From Basidiobolus meristosporus CBS 931.73 (taxonomy: Eukaryota; Fungi; Basidiobolomycota), in contig MCFE01000204.1 of the NCBI GenBank assembly GCA_002104905.1, positions 1-64,000 of the forward strand: a stretch of 64,000 nt of DNA, written 5' to 3'. Position 1 is the first letter of the stretch, and every line of letters starts with the position of its first letter. Positions 61,833-64,000 of the stretch are shown in pieces. The notes under the pieces were generated by a model, which saw nothing but the letters and a program-made list of their open reading frames with translations, did not search any database and had not been told where the DNA came from. Made by a program: the position numbers and the translations under genes.

Positions 61833-64000
61833 ATGGACGAAACCACAGGTAAATTATGCATATTTCTCCCACTCTCCACCAATATTCACCTACTACATCT
61901 ACCGAACTTAGAGCGACTACGATTAGAGCAAATTAAGCACCTGAGGCGTGACTTGATCACGAAGGAGATCCAAAAGGAGCTGAAGAATCTGCGGAATGAG
62001 CCTTCGTTGAAAACACTTCTTGAAACGCAGGGCGACGATAACAACAATCCAAATCCTTTCGTTCGATTTTTCTTTCAGAATTTTGTTCAAACCTTTCCTT
62101 TTTTGAAAGAATCCGACGCTACCATATGGAGCAAGCTTGAGGAATTTTTGGGGGAGATAGCAAAACTGCGTTTCTCTAACTATGCTACCAGCCAGAAAGA
62201 GAAGAGCCAGAGGGAGCGGCTTGCACTAAAGGCCGAGAAGCTGTTTGTGCTACTTTTCAACACCAGCATTAAAGTGGTGAAGCCTCCAGCGCAATACGCA
62301 GTAGAGCAGGCTCAACAGGAGCAGGTTCCCCCAATTCCACCCCGTAGATACGTTTCGGAAGATGATTATTTGAAAACCCAGCCAGGAACCACCACGGTGG
62401 ATGTGATTGGTGTGAGAAAACTCGAAGAAAAGGCGATTTTGAACAAGACTCGTACGGTATGACAGTAACTAGCTGTCCATTGTACCGGTAACATTTGCTT
62501 ACTGTATTGAGAAATAGGAGTTTTTGGTGCAATGTCATTTGAATGGGGACAGCGCACCAATTTGTTCTTGGCGAAAACACTCGGAATTCCGTAAACTTTA
62601 CACAAAGGTAGGATCAATCGACAGTTGAGTTCTCGGCAATGCTTGGCTAAGTCTTCGTTAGTTGAGACGCGAATTCCCTAGCTACTATATCCCATCGCCA
62701 CCTCAGAAATACATGGAAAAACACGGGTTCCTCTATCGTGAAAAGGATCGTATTTCCTTGAGATCCTATATACGCACTTTAGTGGCGTTGCCCTCACCTG
62801 TCGGAAACTCTCCTATAGTTCTTGAATTTCTTACCATGGATCCTGCTCAAATCAACGCCGACGAGTTGAAGGATGTTGAGCTTAGAAAAAACACCATCAA
62901 GGCTAGACTGGAAGAGCAACGCAAATTCATGCAACTGGCCGAGGAAAAGGCCAAGGATCTAGAGCAAATGTCCAGCGCCTTGAGACAAGATTTACTCCAA
63001 TCCGGTTTGTAGCCCTTCTATGCTAATCGATCAGCAAACCACGGTGTCTAACAGTGGTCACACCTAGGTGGGTTGCAAAGAATGTCGCAAGTTTTATACA
63101 GTGTGGATCAGATTTCGGATTTACCCGAGCATTACTTCAAGTCGATCGAACAAATGAGAGTCAGGTGAGCCACCGATTCCATCAGACTGGGACATCCTAG
63201 ATTATGTTTTCTAAACAAGTATGGCCCACCAGCTTCGCCTTCACCCTCTATCGCATGTACTGTTTTGACGAAGAGGCCCCGCACAATCTACAACGTTTGA
63301 AGCACACACATGCGCTTATTCCGTATCGCACTCTTAAAACGGTCCTGAAACTGTCGAATCCTACCGCAGTGGTCAAGGCCGTGCTTGACCTATTTCTGGC
63401 TCAACCGTTCAAGAAGCCAAGTTTGATGCAAAGAATAATCAACATCAATCTAGGTGACAGGGTCAAACAAAGCCAGACTGAATCGGATGCCCTGCGCGAA
63501 GCTATTGCTGATGATCAGCTCTCCGACAAGATCAAAAACTACGTCTATTCCGAGGGAGTCCTCCAATGTGACGGTGACTCGGGTAACGTGGTTCCTTGGT
63601 TCCAACGATTGATGTGACATTAATGGTATATTGTTCCACAGGATCTACTGAGATGCAAACCATTGTTCAGATTCTGAATGATAACAGTGTTCAGCCGGAG
63701 ATTAGTCCCGAAAAAATTGTTGCATTGTGGCAGGCACAAGAAGTCATGGACAATCCACCAAGTACGTTTGTTCTGGAACCAGACAATCAACAGTCGACAT
63801 TTCCCCATTTTGACCCCGCAATTCACGAGGCCAAGCTACAGCTGGAGCGTCTTAATAGACTGCTTACTTGTCTAACTCATCAGAGGAACATCGAATTATT
63901 CACGAAGCTCATGCTGGAGGTATCTTGGCACCAAACGAATCCTTCCAGGGCCTTTTGTTAACCATGATGAATACCTTTAGGGTGTAACAGGCGAGATTTT
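61833..64000 (+). CDS. PX-domain protein of the PXB-PX-DUF3818/PXC (YPR097W-like) type, multi-exon, runs off the window end
   Basis: Exon 61833-61848 then 61912 onward: KHLRRDLITKEI...PFVRFFFQNFVQTFPFL; REKDRISLRSYIRTL; HALIPYRTLKTVLKLSNPTAVVKAVLDLFLAQPF. Confidence 0.8.

Noticed and set aside
1-64000. tRNA, rRNA or other structured ncRNA genes
   Set aside because: None recognised by eye; tRNAscan-SE/Infernal were not run, so absence is not proven.

Overview
Eukaryotic genomic DNA, probably fungal. The short GT-AG introns and gene content suggest an early-diverging lineage, but the taxon cannot be fixed from sequence alone. The window splits sharply in two. (1) 1 to ~47.9 kb is a CpG-depleted nest of transposons whose insertion order can be read from target-site duplications (TSDs). 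It holds one Ty1/copia family: a near-intact copy at 32344-37029, two damaged full-length copies, solo and partial LTRs, and a half-tRNA-iMet-type primer binding site (PBS) whose ATG is in frame with gag. It holds a Ty3/gypsy family A (3 broken copies) and a chromodomain-bearing gypsy family B (2 copies, one inserted in the other). Family B has a Tf1-like self-priming PBS, a -1 frameshift signal and no protease in either copy. There is also a 1078-bp TG...CA unit D (2 copies, 4-bp TSDs centred on CpG) and a 6.1-kb CACTA/EnSpm-like terminal-inverted-repeat (TIR) transposon carrying a divergent, unidentified second gene. (2) ~48-64 kb is CpG-rich and gene-dense: a STIMATE/DUF3661-like membrane protein, OST5/TMEM258-like, a GPR107/TMEM87-like 7TM protein, CDC42, gamma-tubulin, a secreted Ser/Thr tandem-repeat protein (possibly GPI-anchored) and a PX/DUF3818-type gene running off the end. 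All alignments were made by eye and no database search was run.
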